From Bacilli bacterium (lineage in GTDB: Bacteria; Bacillota_I; Bacilli_A; RF39; UBA660), in assembly GCA_017541325.1 (NCBI GenBank), contig JAFXZI010000001.1:5624-69623 (forward strand): a stretch of 64,000 bases of DNA. The letters are read 5' to 3'. The number at the start of each line of letters is the position of its first letter. Position 1 is the stretch's first letter. The notes under the pieces are model-generated. The model saw nothing but the letters and a program-made list of their open reading frames with translations. It searched no databases and had not been told where the DNA came from. Made by a program: the position numbers and the translations under genes. Shown here one piece after another: positions 17,972-28,082 of the stretch.

Positions 17972-18319
17972 AATACTTTATAAGCCTCGTTCTGTACCCA
18001 CTAATGGGCGACAAACATTTATCTACCTTTCGGTCTTTAACTCCATTCTAATTCTTTTGTTAAAGCTCTCCTACCAATTTTGGATTTCTCACTTGTGGGG
18101 TTTACCGCGTTTCATTTCTTTATTTCTAAAGAAGTCGTTTCTGTGGCACTTTTATAGCTAATCATATCATATGTTAAAAACACTTAGATACTTTCGCAGC
18201 CGTTAGTTTTCACTACCTAGAGTTAGTCTATTCCCCTAGCACAAACACTACAATCATCACAGATTGTGTGAGCAAGGACTTTCCTCACCATATTACTATA
18301 GCGCGTTTGTCAAAGTATT
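17972..18319 (-). ncRNA. rnpB: RNase P RNA (rnpB), Bacillus type B
   Basis: Minus strand reads ...GGUGAGGAAAGUCCUUGCUCACAC...AAAGUGCCACAGAAACG...GAAACGCGGUAAACCCCACAAGUGAGAAAUCCAAAAUUGGUAGGAGAGCUUUAAC...ACAGAACGAGGCUUAU. These match the conserved P4, P10-12 and P15-18 blocks of B. subtilis RNase P RNA. Higher GC than the surroundings, no ORF, and gpsB is adjacent as in Bacillus. Confidence 0.85.
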
Positions 18320-18662
18320 AATTATCGTTACTTTCTCTATCTCCGTAAACGATTTTTTCTAGTTGAGAAAGACGTTTAATTATATCTAAATTAGTAACTT
18401 CTCTTCTTTCAGTTGCACCGCTTTTAGCTATTTCAATATTAGTTTTTAAACTACGAATTTCAGCTTTTAAACTCATTATTTCTTCTTGTAGTTCACTTAT
18501 TTCAGTATCTTTTTCTTTAATGATCTTAATAAACTCTTCATAGTCTCCAATAATAGCATCTAAGAATTGATCTACTTCTTTAGGATTAAAACCTCTTACA
18601 TCAACTTTAAAGTCTTTATCAAGAATTTCTTGTGGTGTTAATTGTATACGATTTTGAAACAT
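18318..18662 (-). CDS. gpsB: Cell-cycle protein GpsB (DivIVA-domain)
   Basis: 114 aa, N-terminal DivIVA domain LTPQEILDKDFKVDVRGFNPKEVDQFLD plus C-terminal coiled coil. Confidence 0.8.
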   Translation of the reverse strand: MFQNRIQLTPQEILDKDFKVDVRGFNPKEVDQFLDAIIGDYEEFIKIIKEKDTEISELQEEIMSLKAEIRSLKTNIEIAKSGATERREVTNLDIIKRLSQLEKIVYGDRESNDN

Positions 18663-18823
18663 AATGCACCTTCCTTTTTTAGTTCTTCTAATCTATAATC
18701 AAAACTATTATATAACATATCAGTTTTTTCTTCAATTATTTTTAGGACAGACTTTAATAAAAAGTTTTATTTTTATAGAAAAATATTTAACATTATAGTA
18801 TAATTACCTTTAGGGTGGTTGTT

Positions 18824-19405
18824 ATGAAATATCCAAACGGAGTTAAACAAAAGAATACTACCAGCAAAGAAATTAAATATGCCAATCGTGGTATGACTTT
18901 GGAAAGTGATATTAATATATCTAACAGTTACTATATTGATAAGAAAATTGCATATATTTATAAAAAACCTACACCTATTCAATTAGTTAAAGTTAATTTT
19001 CCAGAAAGAAAAAAAGCAGTTATAACTGAAGCATATTTTAAAGAACCATCTACTTTAGATTACAATGGACTATATAAAGGTTATTATATAGACTTTGATG
19101 CTAAAGAAACAAATAATAAAACATCTTTCCCACTAGGAAATATAAATAAACATCAAATAGAACATATTAGAAATATTACTAATAATAAAGGTATATGTTT
19201 TTTAATAGTTAGATTTAATAAATTAGATAAAACATATTTACTTATGGGAGATGATTTTATATATCATATAGATAATTATGATAGAAAATCTATACCAATA
19301 GATTATTTTAAAGAATATGGATATGAAATAGAATATAAATATAATCCAAGATTAGATTACATAAGTGTAATAGATAGAATATTAGGAGGGAAAAATGGCT
19401 ACTAA
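18824..19405 (+). CDS. recU: Holliday-junction resolvase RecU
   Basis: Position immediately upstream of ponA as in the Bacillus recU-ponA operon. RecU-like length and composition. RBS agggtgg before ATG 18824. Confidence 0.65.
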   Translation: MKYPNGVKQKNTTSKEIKYANRGMTLESDINISNSYYIDKKIAYIYKKPTPIQLVKVNFPERKKAVITEAYFKEPSTLDYNGLYKGYYIDFDAKETNNKTSFPLGNINKHQIEHIRNITNNKGICFLIVRFNKLDKTYLLMGDDFIYHIDNYDRKSIPIDYFKEYGYEIEYKYNPRLDYISVIDRILGGKNGY

Positions 19406-22391
19406 TAAAAAGAATAATATAAATACAAGTACTAATAGAAGAAGTTCTAAATATGAGAATGAAAAAGCAATAAAGCATAAACATTCTAGAAATACACCTA
19501 ATAAAAATTGGAATAGTTCTTCTAATAATAAAAATAATAAGATTAATAAAAGAGATAATATAAAGAGAAAGGAAACAAATAATATTCCTAGAAAAAAAGA
19601 TAAATTAGATAGAACTGGATGGATTTTCTTAGGAGTTGTCTTCTTTGTATTTGTAATCATACTACTAAAGACAATGGGAATGGTTATGACATTAATTACT
19701 GTTGTTGGTATGTTCCTTATTATATTACTAGCAATGTTCTTAAAAAGAGTTAGAAGAAAAAGAGTTGTAAGAATTATTACTAATATATTAATGATACTAA
19801 TTCTTCTTGGAGGTTTTGCAGTAATTGGAGGTATAGCTTATTTCGGATATATTATAGTTGAAGATGCTAATCCAAAATGGGATACTTCTAAACTTACATC
19901 TAAAGAAAGTACAATACTATATACTGCAGATGGAAAAGAATATGCTAATTTAAGTACTGAAAGACGTGAAAAAATATCATATTCAGAAATATCAGAAAAC
20001 TTAATAAATGCAATTATTGCTACTGAAGACTCACGTTTCTTTGATCACAATGGATTCGATCCATTACGTTTCTTTAAAGCAGGTCTTCTACAAGTAAGTG
20101 GAGATTCTGAAGCTGGTGGAGCTTCTACTCTATCAATGCAAGTTATAAAAAATAACATGACTTCTAAAGTAGCTACTGGTATCGAAGGTATTAAAAGAAA
20201 GTTCAGCGATATTTACTTAGCAGTATTTAAACTAGAAAAAGAATATACAAAAGAACAAATAATGGAATTTTATATAAATCTACACTACTTAGGTAGTAAC
20301 TCATATGGAGTTGAAGAAGCTTCTCATACTTATTTTGGTAAAAGTGCTAGTGACTTAAACTTATCTGAAGCTGCATTACTTGCAGGAATGTATCAAAGTC
20401 CAAACACATATAATCCAAAAACTAATCCAGAAGCTGCTGCTGAAAGACGTGAAACTGTACTTAAATTAATGTACAATCACGGATATATTACTAAAGAAGA
20501 AAAAGATGCTGCAAATGCAATTCCTATTAAAGATTTAATTATTAATTCAAATAGTTCTACATTTAATTCATATCAATCATATATAGATACAGTTATTGAT
20601 GAACTTGAAAATGAATGGGGAATTGATCCTTATAATACATCACTTGCTATCTACACAAATATTGATTTAAAGAAACAAGAAGGATTAGATAGAATATTTA
20701 ATGGATCAGGATTTAACTGGGAAAATGGTGTTGTTCAAGCAGGAATTGCTGCTGTTGATGTTCATACAGGAAAAATTACTGCTGTTGGCGGAAGTAGAAA
20801 TAATGAAGCTCGTACATTAAATCGTGCTACTACTGGTAAACAACAAATAGGTTCTACTGCTAAACCAATATTTGACTATGGCCCAGGAATGGAATATGAA
20901 GGTTGGTCAACATATACAATGTTTGATGATAGTCCTTATCATTATTCAAGTGGACAACCAATACGTGACTCTGACCGTAGATATATGGGAAATATAACTT
21001 TAAGAACAGCTCTTGCACAATCAAGAAATATTCCTGCTCTTAAAGCATTCCAAAAAGTTTCTAATGATAAAAAATATAAATTTGTTACTAGTTTAGGTAT
21101 TACTCCTGAAACTACTGAAGGAAGTACTTATATGCATGAAGCCCATTCAATTGGTGCCTTCAATGGTTCAAATCCATTAGAGATGGCTGCTGCTTATGCT
21201 GCATTTGCTAATGGTGGAATTTACTATAAACCATATACAATAAATAAAATAGTATATCGTGATACTGGAGAAACAGTTGAATATGAAGCAGAAGGAGTTC
21301 AAGTAATGAGTTCTGCTACTGCATATATGATTACATACTGTTTAAGATATGCTGTTACTGATGGTTTATCTAAAGGTGCCTCTGTTCCAGGAATTAAAGT
21401 AGCTGCTAAAACAGGAACAACAAACTATACTTCAGAAATAGCTAAAAAGAACAACTTACCTTCTTATGCAGTTAAAGATGCATGGATTATTGGATATGAT
21501 CCTGATACTGCTGTTGGTATGTGGTATGGTTATGATAAGATTTACGATGGTAAGAAAACAAATTATTACTTAAAATCTGTAACATCTGGATTTAAAGTAA
21601 ATGTTCAAACAGAAAGAAATAGATTATATGTAACTGCTGGTAAAGTATTATTTACAAGTAATGGTAAAGACTTTAAAGTACCAAATACAGTTGTTAGAGT
21701 TGCAGTAGAAAAAGGAAGTAATCCAGCAAAACTTGCTAGTTCTTCTACTCCTTCTGGAAAAGTTACTTATGAATACTTTAGAAAAGGTACTGAACCTACA
21801 GAAGTATCAACTGCATATAGTAAACTTGGAAATGTAACAGGACTTACTGCTACATATGATGCTGCTACAAAGAATGTAAGACTTTCATGGAAAGCTGCTG
21901 CTAAGAGTAATGATGCTGATGTAACTTATGGAGATTTTGGATATAAGATTTATAAAGATAATAAATATGTAACATTTACAACAAATACATATTATAACTA
22001 CACAGGATCTGATTCAGAAGGAACTTATAAAGTAGTTACTTCATATAGAAACTATAGTGATATTGATTCAAGTGGTGCTACTGCTAAAATAGGAGTTTCT
22101 GAAACTGATACTTACTCTTATACAGCTACTGCTCATATCGTTGAAGGAAGTTATGATACAGATAATAAATGTTTAACTAAAGGTGCTAATTTAACAGATT
22201 GTGTTACAGTAACTCGTAGTGATGGACAAGTTATTACAAGTGGATATACAGTATCTCTATCAATAAAAGATGCTGATGGAGATGAGGTAACTCTTGATGA
22301 TGGTGGCACACCAAAGACTATTACATATACTATTAGATATCATGGAAAAACATTCTATGCTGTAGTACATGGTGTTAAAGCAAATGAATAA
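19395..22391 (+). CDS. ponA: Class A penicillin-binding protein 1A (glycosyltransferase GT51 + transpeptidase) with a about 300-aa beta-rich C-terminal extension
   Basis: EDSRFFDHNGFDP GT51 motif, STAKP (SxxK), KTGT. K/N-rich cytoplasmic tail and TM. FN3-like C-terminal repeats. Confidence 0.9.
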   Translation: MATNKKNNINTSTNRRSSKYENEKAIKHKHSRNTPNKNWNSSSNNKNNKINKRDNIKRKETNNIPRKKDKLDRTGWIFLGVVFFVFVIILLKTMGMVMTLITVVGMFLIILLAMFLKRVRRKRVVRIITNILMILILLGGFAVIGGIAYFGYIIVEDANPKWDTSKLTSKESTILYTADGKEYANLSTERREKISYSEISENLINAIIATEDSRFFDHNGFDPLRFFKAGLLQVSGDSEAGGASTLSMQVIKNNMTSKVATGIEGIKRKFSDIYLAVFKLEKEYTKEQIMEFYINLHYLGSNSYGVEEASHTYFGKSASDLNLSEAALLAGMYQSPNTYNPKTNPEAAAERRETVLKLMYNHGYITKEEKDAANAIPIKDLIINSNSSTFNSYQSYIDTVIDELENEWGIDPYNTSLAIYTNIDLKKQEGLDRIFNGSGFNWENGVVQAGIAAVDVHTGKITAVGGSRNNEARTLNRATTGKQQIGSTAKPIFDYGPGMEYEGWSTYTMFDDSPYHYSSGQPIRDSDRRYMGNITLRTALAQSRNIPALKAFQKVSNDKKYKFVTSLGITPETTEGSTYMHEAHSIGAFNGSNPLEMAAAYAAFANGGIYYKPYTINKIVYRDTGETVEYEAEGVQVMSSATAYMITYCLRYAVTDGLSKGASVPGIKVAAKTGTTNYTSEIAKKNNLPSYAVKDAWIIGYDPDTAVGMWYGYDKIYDGKKTNYYLKSVTSGFKVNVQTERNRLYVTAGKVLFTSNGKDFKVPNTVVRVAVEKGSNPAKLASSSTPSGKVTYEYFRKGTEPTEVSTAYSKLGNVTGLTATYDAATKNVRLSWKAAAKSNDADVTYGDFGYKIYKDNKYVTFTTNTYYNYTGSDSEGTYKVVTSYRNYSDIDSSGATAKIGVSETDTYSYTATAHIVEGSYDTDNKCLTKGANLTDCVTVTRSDGQVITSGYTVSLSIKDADGDEVTLDDGGTPKTITYTIRYHGKTFYAVVHGVKANE

Positions 22392-22396
22392 AATAA

Positions 22397-22428
22397 AAAG
22401 AATAGATATTAATCTATTCTTTTTTTAT
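22397..22428. terminator. Bidirectional terminator between ponA and nth
   Basis: agaatagatattaatctattct plus tttttttat. Confidence 0.6.
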
Positions 22429-23035
22429 GTCTACATATATCTTTTAATTTGCAATTGCTACATTCTGGTTTAATTGCTTTACAATTATATCTTCCAAATA
22501 ATACTAATTGATGATGCCTTTTACTCCAATCTTCTTTTTTAAACTTTTTCATTAGTTTTTTTTCTACTTCAAGAACAGTATCATCTTCTTTAGCAAGACC
22601 TAGTCTTTTACTTACTCTTTCAACATGAGTATCAACAGCAATCGCTGGAACATTAAATAAATTAGATAATACTACATTAGTACTCTTTCTTCCAACTCCT
22701 GGAAGAGACTCTAAATATGATCTATCATTTGGAACAATTCCATTATAATCATTAATTAATCTTTTGGCTATTTCTTTGATATAGACAGCTTTTTTGGTAA
22801 AAGTACCAATTGGTCTAATTATATTTTCTATATCTTTTATATCAGCATCTTTTAAAGAATCTAAATCATATTTATCAAAGAGAACTTTAGTAACTTCATT
22901 TACTCTTTTATCTGTTGTTTGAGCAGATAAAACTACCGCTATTAAAAGTTCATAATCTTTACTATAATTTAATTCACAAAAAGCATTAGGATATAATTCT
23001 TCTAAATATTCTTCTATTCTATTTATTTTCATCAT
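22409..23035 (-). CDS. nth: Endonuclease III
   Basis: HhH-GPD motif LPGVGRKSTNVVL and a C-terminal 4Fe-4S Cys cluster CSNCKLKDIC. Start ambiguous (23032/23035/23053). Confidence 0.85.
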   Translation of the reverse strand: MMKINRIEEYLEELYPNAFCELNYSKDYELLIAVVLSAQTTDKRVNEVTKVLFDKYDLDSLKDADIKDIENIIRPIGTFTKKAVYIKEIAKRLINDYNGIVPNDRSYLESLPGVGRKSTNVVLSNLFNVPAIAVDTHVERVSKRLGLAKEDDTVLEVEKKLMKKFKKEDWSKRHHQLVLFGRYNCKAIKPECSNCKLKDICRHKKRID

Positions 23036-23681
23036 CAAGCCAATTATAATCAAATACTTCTATTTGTTTACTTTCTTCTTTTTTACGAAAATCCATTCTA
23101 TTTTTTTCAACGTCTTCTTTTGTTTTAATTCCTTTTTTAGACCATTCAAATAAAATCTTATCTATATATCTTAAATTACTAACTCCATTTAATACTGCTT
23201 CTTCTAAAGCACAACGAATCAACTCTTCTGTGAAGTTATTTTCTATCCATGCTCTAACTATTTCATATTCCATTGGACTTAAAGTTCTTCCAAACTCTCT
23301 TTCGATATCTGTAAAAATATTAGTATCTTCTTCTTTTTCTTCTACTTCTTCATCCATTAATAATAAACTAACTTTATTATAAAAATCTTCTAATGAAATA
23401 TATTCTTCAGTAATACCTTTATCATTTTTAATATTTTTAAAATCAATTAACTTTTTAGAAGTTAATTCTCCTATAGAAGTCATAATATCTTTTGCTTGAA
23501 TACCTAAATCTTTATTAATTTGATTAACATCAAAAGTAATATTATCTCCTTTATTATAGAAATACATTAATATTATAAAATCTATTTCATTTAACTCTAA
23601 TTTATCTTTTAGACGATAAATATACATAGGTATTACTAAGACTTTACTTTTTAAAATATCTACTAATATTTTATTTTTCAT
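23019..23681 (-). CDS. dnaD: DnaD-domain replication initiation/membrane attachment protein
   Basis: C-terminal DnaD domain (YIDKILFEWSKKGIKTKEDV); conserved nth-dnaD synteny; RBS AGGTGA. Confidence 0.7.
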   Translation of the reverse strand: MKNKILVDILKSKVLVIPMYIYRLKDKLELNEIDFIILMYFYNKGDNITFDVNQINKDLGIQAKDIMTSIGELTSKKLIDFKNIKNDKGITEEYISLEDFYNKVSLLLMDEEVEEKEEDTNIFTDIEREFGRTLSPMEYEIVRAWIENNFTEELIRCALEEAVLNGVSNLRYIDKILFEWSKKGIKTKEDVEKNRMDFRKKEESKQIEVFDYNWLDDENK

Positions 23682-23689
23682 AATATCAC

Positions 23690-24775
23690 CTACTTGTAAT
23701 TATCAATAATATAATTAGATATTGCTTGATAATTATTATCTAATTTATCACAAAGAATCTTATTAATCAAATCATCATATATATCAGTTATTAAATGAGA
23801 TGGACCAACATTTAATAATCCAATTATTTGATTAGCAGTTATATTAACATCTTTACGGGTATGAATAGGTAGATTTTCATAAGCATTAGTTATAACTCCT
23901 CTATCCATATTTTTGAGACTACCTGCAATACTACTAACATATGGTCCATATTTATATAAAACTAATTTAGAAGTTAAATCTTCTTTCATAGCAGCTTGTA
24001 TATCGTTTATAAGCTCCTTTTCGTTCTTTGTAAAAGGATAATTACCATTTATACCTATAGTTGACCATATTCCTATTAAATCACTATTTAAGATGCATTT
24101 ACTGAAGTCTAGTTCTAATTCTTTATCTAATTCTAATTCAAGTATTAATTTAACTCCTTTAGAAGCATTAGGACTACTAAATATTTTATTTAGTTCATCT
24201 TTTTTTCTACTATAGGATAATCTTTTTATTTCTCCTTTAGTTCTTTTAATAGCATCTATTACCGCTAGATCCATATCAAAATCAAGAACTGTATAAAAAC
24301 GTATTGCTCTTAAGATACGTAAAGGATCCTCCATAAACTTAGTTATAGGATCTCCTATACTTCTAATAATCTTTTTATCTATATCATCTTTTACTTCTAA
24401 TAAATCAACTATATTACCATTTACATCCATACATAAACTATTAATGGTAAAATCTCTTCTTAATAAATCTTGTTTTAAATCTGTAATATACTCTATTTCA
24501 GCAGGTTTACGATTGTTATAATAACTAATTTCTTTTCTAAAAGTCATAATATCAAAAGTATATTTCTTTATATATAATCTAACTGCACTATAACCATCTA
24601 CTGGAAGATTAACATTTACAAATATTTCTTTTATATCTTTAGGAGTAGCATCTGTACAAATGTCTACATCATTAGTATCTAGTCCTAAGAGATAATCTCT
24701 TACAAAACCTCCAACTATATAAGCTTTAAATCCACTTTTAGTTATCTCTTCGAGTACTTTTAAAGCAATATCCAT
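23690..24775 (-). CDS. cca: CCA-adding tRNA nucleotidyltransferase
   Basis: PolyA polymerase head domain GGFVRDYLLGLDTNDVDICTDA; RLSYSRKKDEL. Confidence 0.8.
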   Translation of the reverse strand: MDIALKVLEEITKSGFKAYIVGGFVRDYLLGLDTNDVDICTDATPKDIKEIFVNVNLPVDGYSAVRLYIKKYTFDIMTFRKEISYYNNRKPAEIEYITDLKQDLLRRDFTINSLCMDVNGNIVDLLEVKDDIDKKIIRSIGDPITKFMEDPLRILRAIRFYTVLDFDMDLAVIDAIKRTKGEIKRLSYSRKKDELNKIFSSPNASKGVKLILELELDKELELDFSKCILNSDLIGIWSTIGINGNYPFTKNEKELINDIQAAMKEDLTSKLVLYKYGPYVSSIAGSLKNMDRGVITNAYENLPIHTRKDVNITANQIIGLLNVGPSHLITDIYDDLINKILCDKLDNNYQAISNYIIDNYK

Positions 24776-24802
24776 GAATAATCAACTCCTAACATAATTA
24801 TA

Positions 24803-24836
24803 CCAAATAAAAGGAATACTTAGATTAGTATTCCTC
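24803..24836 (-). terminator. hup terminator
   Basis: ggaatacttagattagtattcc hairpin plus T-run on the minus strand. Confidence 0.55.
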
Positions 24837-24860
24837 TTTTTTAACATCTTTTGTCAGTAA

Positions 24861-25136
24861 TTATTTATTAACTGTTTCTTTTAAAGCAGTTCCAGCTTTA
24901 AATGTAACAGCTTTACGAGCAGCGATATGAACAGTAGCTCCAGTTTGTGGGTTACGTCCTTCTCTAGCAGCTCTCTTAGATACTCCGAATGTTCCGAATC
25001 CTGCTACTGGTACTTTATCTCCTTTTTTAAGAGCTCCAGTAATAGCAGCAAATGTAGCATCGATAGCACGAGTAGCATCAGCTTTTGTTAATCCTGTAGT
25101 TTTAGCTACAGCTTCAACTAATTCAACTTTTTTCAT
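24861..25136 (-). CDS. hup: DNA-binding protein HU
   Basis: MKKVELVEAVAKTTGLTKADATRAID...GFGTFGVSKRAAREGRNPQTG. Start set at the internal ATG with RBS ggaggt. Confidence 0.9.
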   Translation of the reverse strand: MKKVELVEAVAKTTGLTKADATRAIDATFAAITGALKKGDKVPVAGFGTFGVSKRAAREGRNPQTGATVHIAARKAVTFKAGTALKETVNK

Positions 25137-25218
25137 AAATTTTACCTCCAATTTGTTAAGCACAGTATGCTTACATCTTAAAATTACCATATTTTATATA
25201 GTTTTGCAATAATTTTCC

Positions 25219-26235
25219 TTATTTTTTACGCTTTTTAGGTAGTTCTATCTTAGTATTATCTTTCATATTAATAAGATTATGTTCTAACCTTAAAATATAT
25301 AGGTATACTTCCTTCTTTTTTTCTATATAAAACCATGATTCTTTACCAGGATTTTTATCATAAAAGACAATATCTTCTTCATCTAAATGTTCTAATATAT
25401 TCTTAAATAATTCTACTTCTATTATTTCCTTTTTCTTAAATGATGGAACTTTTTTTCTTTCTACTATAAAACTTCCATATTTCTTCTTTATAGCTTTTAA
25501 TCTTCTCTTATATTCATCATAATTAGATAAGTTAAATAAAGACGCATAAGATAAAATAGTAAGAGGTATTACAGAAAAGAAACAAACAAATGATAACATA
25601 AACAAGTAAGAATTAAATTTAGTTCTTTCTTTATGAATAATACCTACTTTTTTACCTTTAGTTTCCTTGTCCTCTTTATTTTTCTCTATTTCAGATAAAG
25701 GAACTGTTATTTTATTAGTTGATTCTACATCTATATATTCAGGTTCTAATTTATCTAAAGTAATATAATTATCTGTTTCAAGATTAAAATCTATATAAAT
25801 TCTATTTTTAATACCATCTATAATACCAAATGTTTCATATAAAAATACATCAAGAGGTAATTCTACTACTGTATCAATTTTTATCATATCTTGATCAATT
25901 GTTTCTGATTCTCTCGATTCAGTAACTTTTATTTTTCTATTAATAACAGTTTTACCATCTTCTACAAGTCTTAGATTAGCTGTTACACGATATTTATAAA
26001 TTGAATCAACAACTTTATCTGTCTTTAAATAATAATAATGTCTTAAAACAGGTTTATAATCTTTATTACCTATATATTTTAAAGTTGATTCAGCTTTATA
26101 AGAAATTGGTTTTTCTTCTATAATTACATCTCTTGGAAAGCAATCTAATATAACCCATATCAAAATAATCATTACTATTGTAGATAAAGTTGCAAGTGTT
26201 ATTCTAAAACCTTTTCTTAATAATATATTATTCAT
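25219..26235 (-). CDS. Hypothetical bitopic membrane protein, last gene of the signal-peptidase/TasA-like cluster
   Basis: Two hydrophobic helices (residues about 14-31 and about 205-228); no motif. Confidence 0.4.
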   Translation of the reverse strand: MNNILLRKGFRITLATLSTIVMIILIWVILDCFPRDVIIEEKPISYKAESTLKYIGNKDYKPVLRHYYYLKTDKVVDSIYKYRVTANLRLVEDGKTVINRKIKVTESRESETIDQDMIKIDTVVELPLDVFLYETFGIIDGIKNRIYIDFNLETDNYITLDKLEPEYIDVESTNKITVPLSEIEKNKEDKETKGKKVGIIHKERTKFNSYLFMLSFVCFFSVIPLTILSYASLFNLSNYDEYKRRLKAIKKKYGSFIVERKKVPSFKKKEIIEVELFKNILEHLDEEDIVFYDKNPGKESWFYIEKKKEVYLYILRLEHNLINMKDNTKIELPKKRKK

Positions 26236-26243
26236 ATTTCCTC

Positions 26244-27368
26244 CTATTTAAATAAATCAGATATAATTATAGAAGGCCATCCTAAATATTTAACTTTACC
26301 CCTAATTATTCCTTCTATATTCTCTTCTTTTACATCCCACTCATCTACTGTGTTATTATTATCACCTTTTGTTTTTATTATATATTTATTATTAATATAA
26401 TCAATTGATACTATTCTATGAACTATATATACATTATTATTTTTATAATAAATAATATCTCCTTTTTTTAATTTATCACAGGATTTAATCTTTTCAACTA
26501 TAACAATATCTCCTTTATCAAAACTGTTTTTCATACTAGGAGATAGTATAGTAACAGGTTTATATTTAAATACTCCTATAACAAAAAGAATAAGTATAAA
26601 AACAAATATAAATAATAATATCATCGATCCATTTTTATCCTTCTTTATATCTCTTTTAGTTATTACTCTATTTTCTAACATTATTTTATTAGATATAGAT
26701 AAATATATAAAGTATGAAATAACTAAATATAATAAACATAATAATAAAGCATGTATATTTGTAATAATTGGTGAAAATATTATAATCGCTTCTAATATTC
26801 CACGATAAATATAACTAGATAAATAACCAACATTATATGCTAGATAAGATAATGTTATATTCATAATTATTACAGGTATAAATGACCTTAAAATATAATT
26901 AAATAAATCTAGATGACTAGCATTAATAAAGAAAAATAAATCTATATTAATTATAATGAAGAAAATTGTAATAAATATTACATTAAATTTAGATCTATTA
27001 TAATTTAATAATCTATATCTTGAGTATTCTTGTAAAAATACAATTGAATATAAAGATAAGAAATTAGTAATAATACCTTTTATACTTGTAGAATATCCAT
27101 TATGTGAAAAACCAAAGATTAAACCTAATAAATAATATATGAGTACATAACCAAGCATTATTATAATTACATCCTGATTCTTACTATACTTACTTCTATT
27201 CCTATTTTTAATACCAGATGTAATTATAGTAATTAATACAGTTAAAAGAAGTACAATAATTGGATTGATTATATAAATATAATCATTAGATATATTACTC
27301 TCTGGAAATATAATATTAATAATCATATAGATAAATAATATAATGTATACAGGTATTATCTTTTTCAT
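26244..27368 (-). CDS. SipW/Sec11-type (ER/archaeal-type) signal peptidase I fused to an N-terminal about 260-aa polytopic membrane domain
   Basis: C-terminal ILSPSMKNSFDKGDIVIV...IVHRIV...KTKGDNNNTVDEWDV matches the Sec11/SipW Ser-His type boxes (SxSM, IVHRV, KGDNN). Six to seven predicted TM helices precede it. Confidence 0.65.
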   Translation of the reverse strand: MKKIIPVYIILFIYMIINIIFPESNISNDYIYIINPIIVLLLTVLITIITSGIKNRNRSKYSKNQDVIIIMLGYVLIYYLLGLIFGFSHNGYSTSIKGIITNFLSLYSIVFLQEYSRYRLLNYNRSKFNVIFITIFFIIINIDLFFFINASHLDLFNYILRSFIPVIIMNITLSYLAYNVGYLSSYIYRGILEAIIIFSPIITNIHALLLCLLYLVISYFIYLSISNKIMLENRVITKRDIKKDKNGSMILLFIFVFILILFVIGVFKYKPVTILSPSMKNSFDKGDIVIVEKIKSCDKLKKGDIIYYKNNNVYIVHRIVSIDYINNKYIIKTKGDNNNTVDEWDVKEENIEGIIRGKVKYLGWPSIIISDLFK

Positions 27369-27403
27369 ATACTCATCCTCTATTTTAAATTATATCATAA
27401 CAA

Positions 27404-27428
27404 ATAAAAAAAGTACCATAAGGTACTT
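27404..27428 (-). terminator. Terminator hairpin after the TasA-like gene
   Basis: agtaccataaggtact plus T-run on the minus strand. Confidence 0.5.
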
Positions 27429-27432
27429 TATT

Positions 27433-27963
27433 TTATTTCTTTTGTTGATAATTTAATGTTCCTGTTAATGTAACTGTTTTAATATCTGTTGTATCAGGAA
27501 TTTGTGACGTCTCTGATGAACTAGCATAAGTAATTGTAACTGTAAATGTTATTGATTGACCAGATTCTAGTACATCATCAGCTTTAATTCCTTCATATTC
27601 GTAAATTACATTAGGATTATCAGTTCCATCATTAGCAGTTACTGCAGTTGTAATTGAACTTAAAACAGCATCTAATGAACCTTTATTTTCTACTGTAATT
27701 TTATATGTAACACTATCACCTACAGTATAAAATACTGGCGAAATAGTTGCTACTGTTCCTGTATTATTAACTGATCCAGCTTCTGCTGTTCCAGAACTAG
27801 CTAATTCTTCTATACTAGTAATTTTAACATCCCATGAATCGCTAATAGTAGCTGTACCATTGATATTAAGTTGTTGAGAAAGTAATGCATAAGCAGTTGA
27901 CATAAAAACAAGAGCGACTACCATAACAATAATTAATATATCTTTTTTCTTTCTTGTATCCAT
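27433..27963 (-). CDS. Secreted beta-rich T/S/V-rich protein, candidate SipW-cognate substrate (TasA/camelysin-like)
   Basis: K-rich n-region plus long hydrophobic signal (RKKKDILIIVMVVALVFMSTAYA); small Thr/Ser/Val-rich mature part; immediately upstream of the SipW-type peptidase. RBS AGGAGG before MDTRKKK. Confidence 0.4.
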   Translation of the reverse strand: MDTRKKKDILIIVMVVALVFMSTAYALLSQQLNINGTATISDSWDVKITSIEELASSGTAEAGSVNNTGTVATISPVFYTVGDSVTYKITVENKGSLDAVLSSITTAVTANDGTDNPNVIYEYEGIKADDVLESGQSITFTVTITYASSSETSQIPDTTDIKTVTLTGTLNYQQKK

Positions 27964-28082
27964 CTCATATCCTCCTATAATAAATATAATATAATGAATT
28001 TTTTTTGTCAAACAAATCAACTGTTTTTTATTTACTTTTATTCAAATAATTTCTACAATTATATTAGATGATAGGAGTCAAT

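Noticed and set aside
18773-18982. 69-aa minus-strand ORF overlapping the recU start
   Set aside because: Overlaps the recU RBS and start on the opposite strand; no RBS.
19382-19660. 92-aa minus-strand ORF antisense to the ponA 5' end
   Set aside because: Antisense to the K/N-rich ponA N-terminus; L/F-rich artefact.
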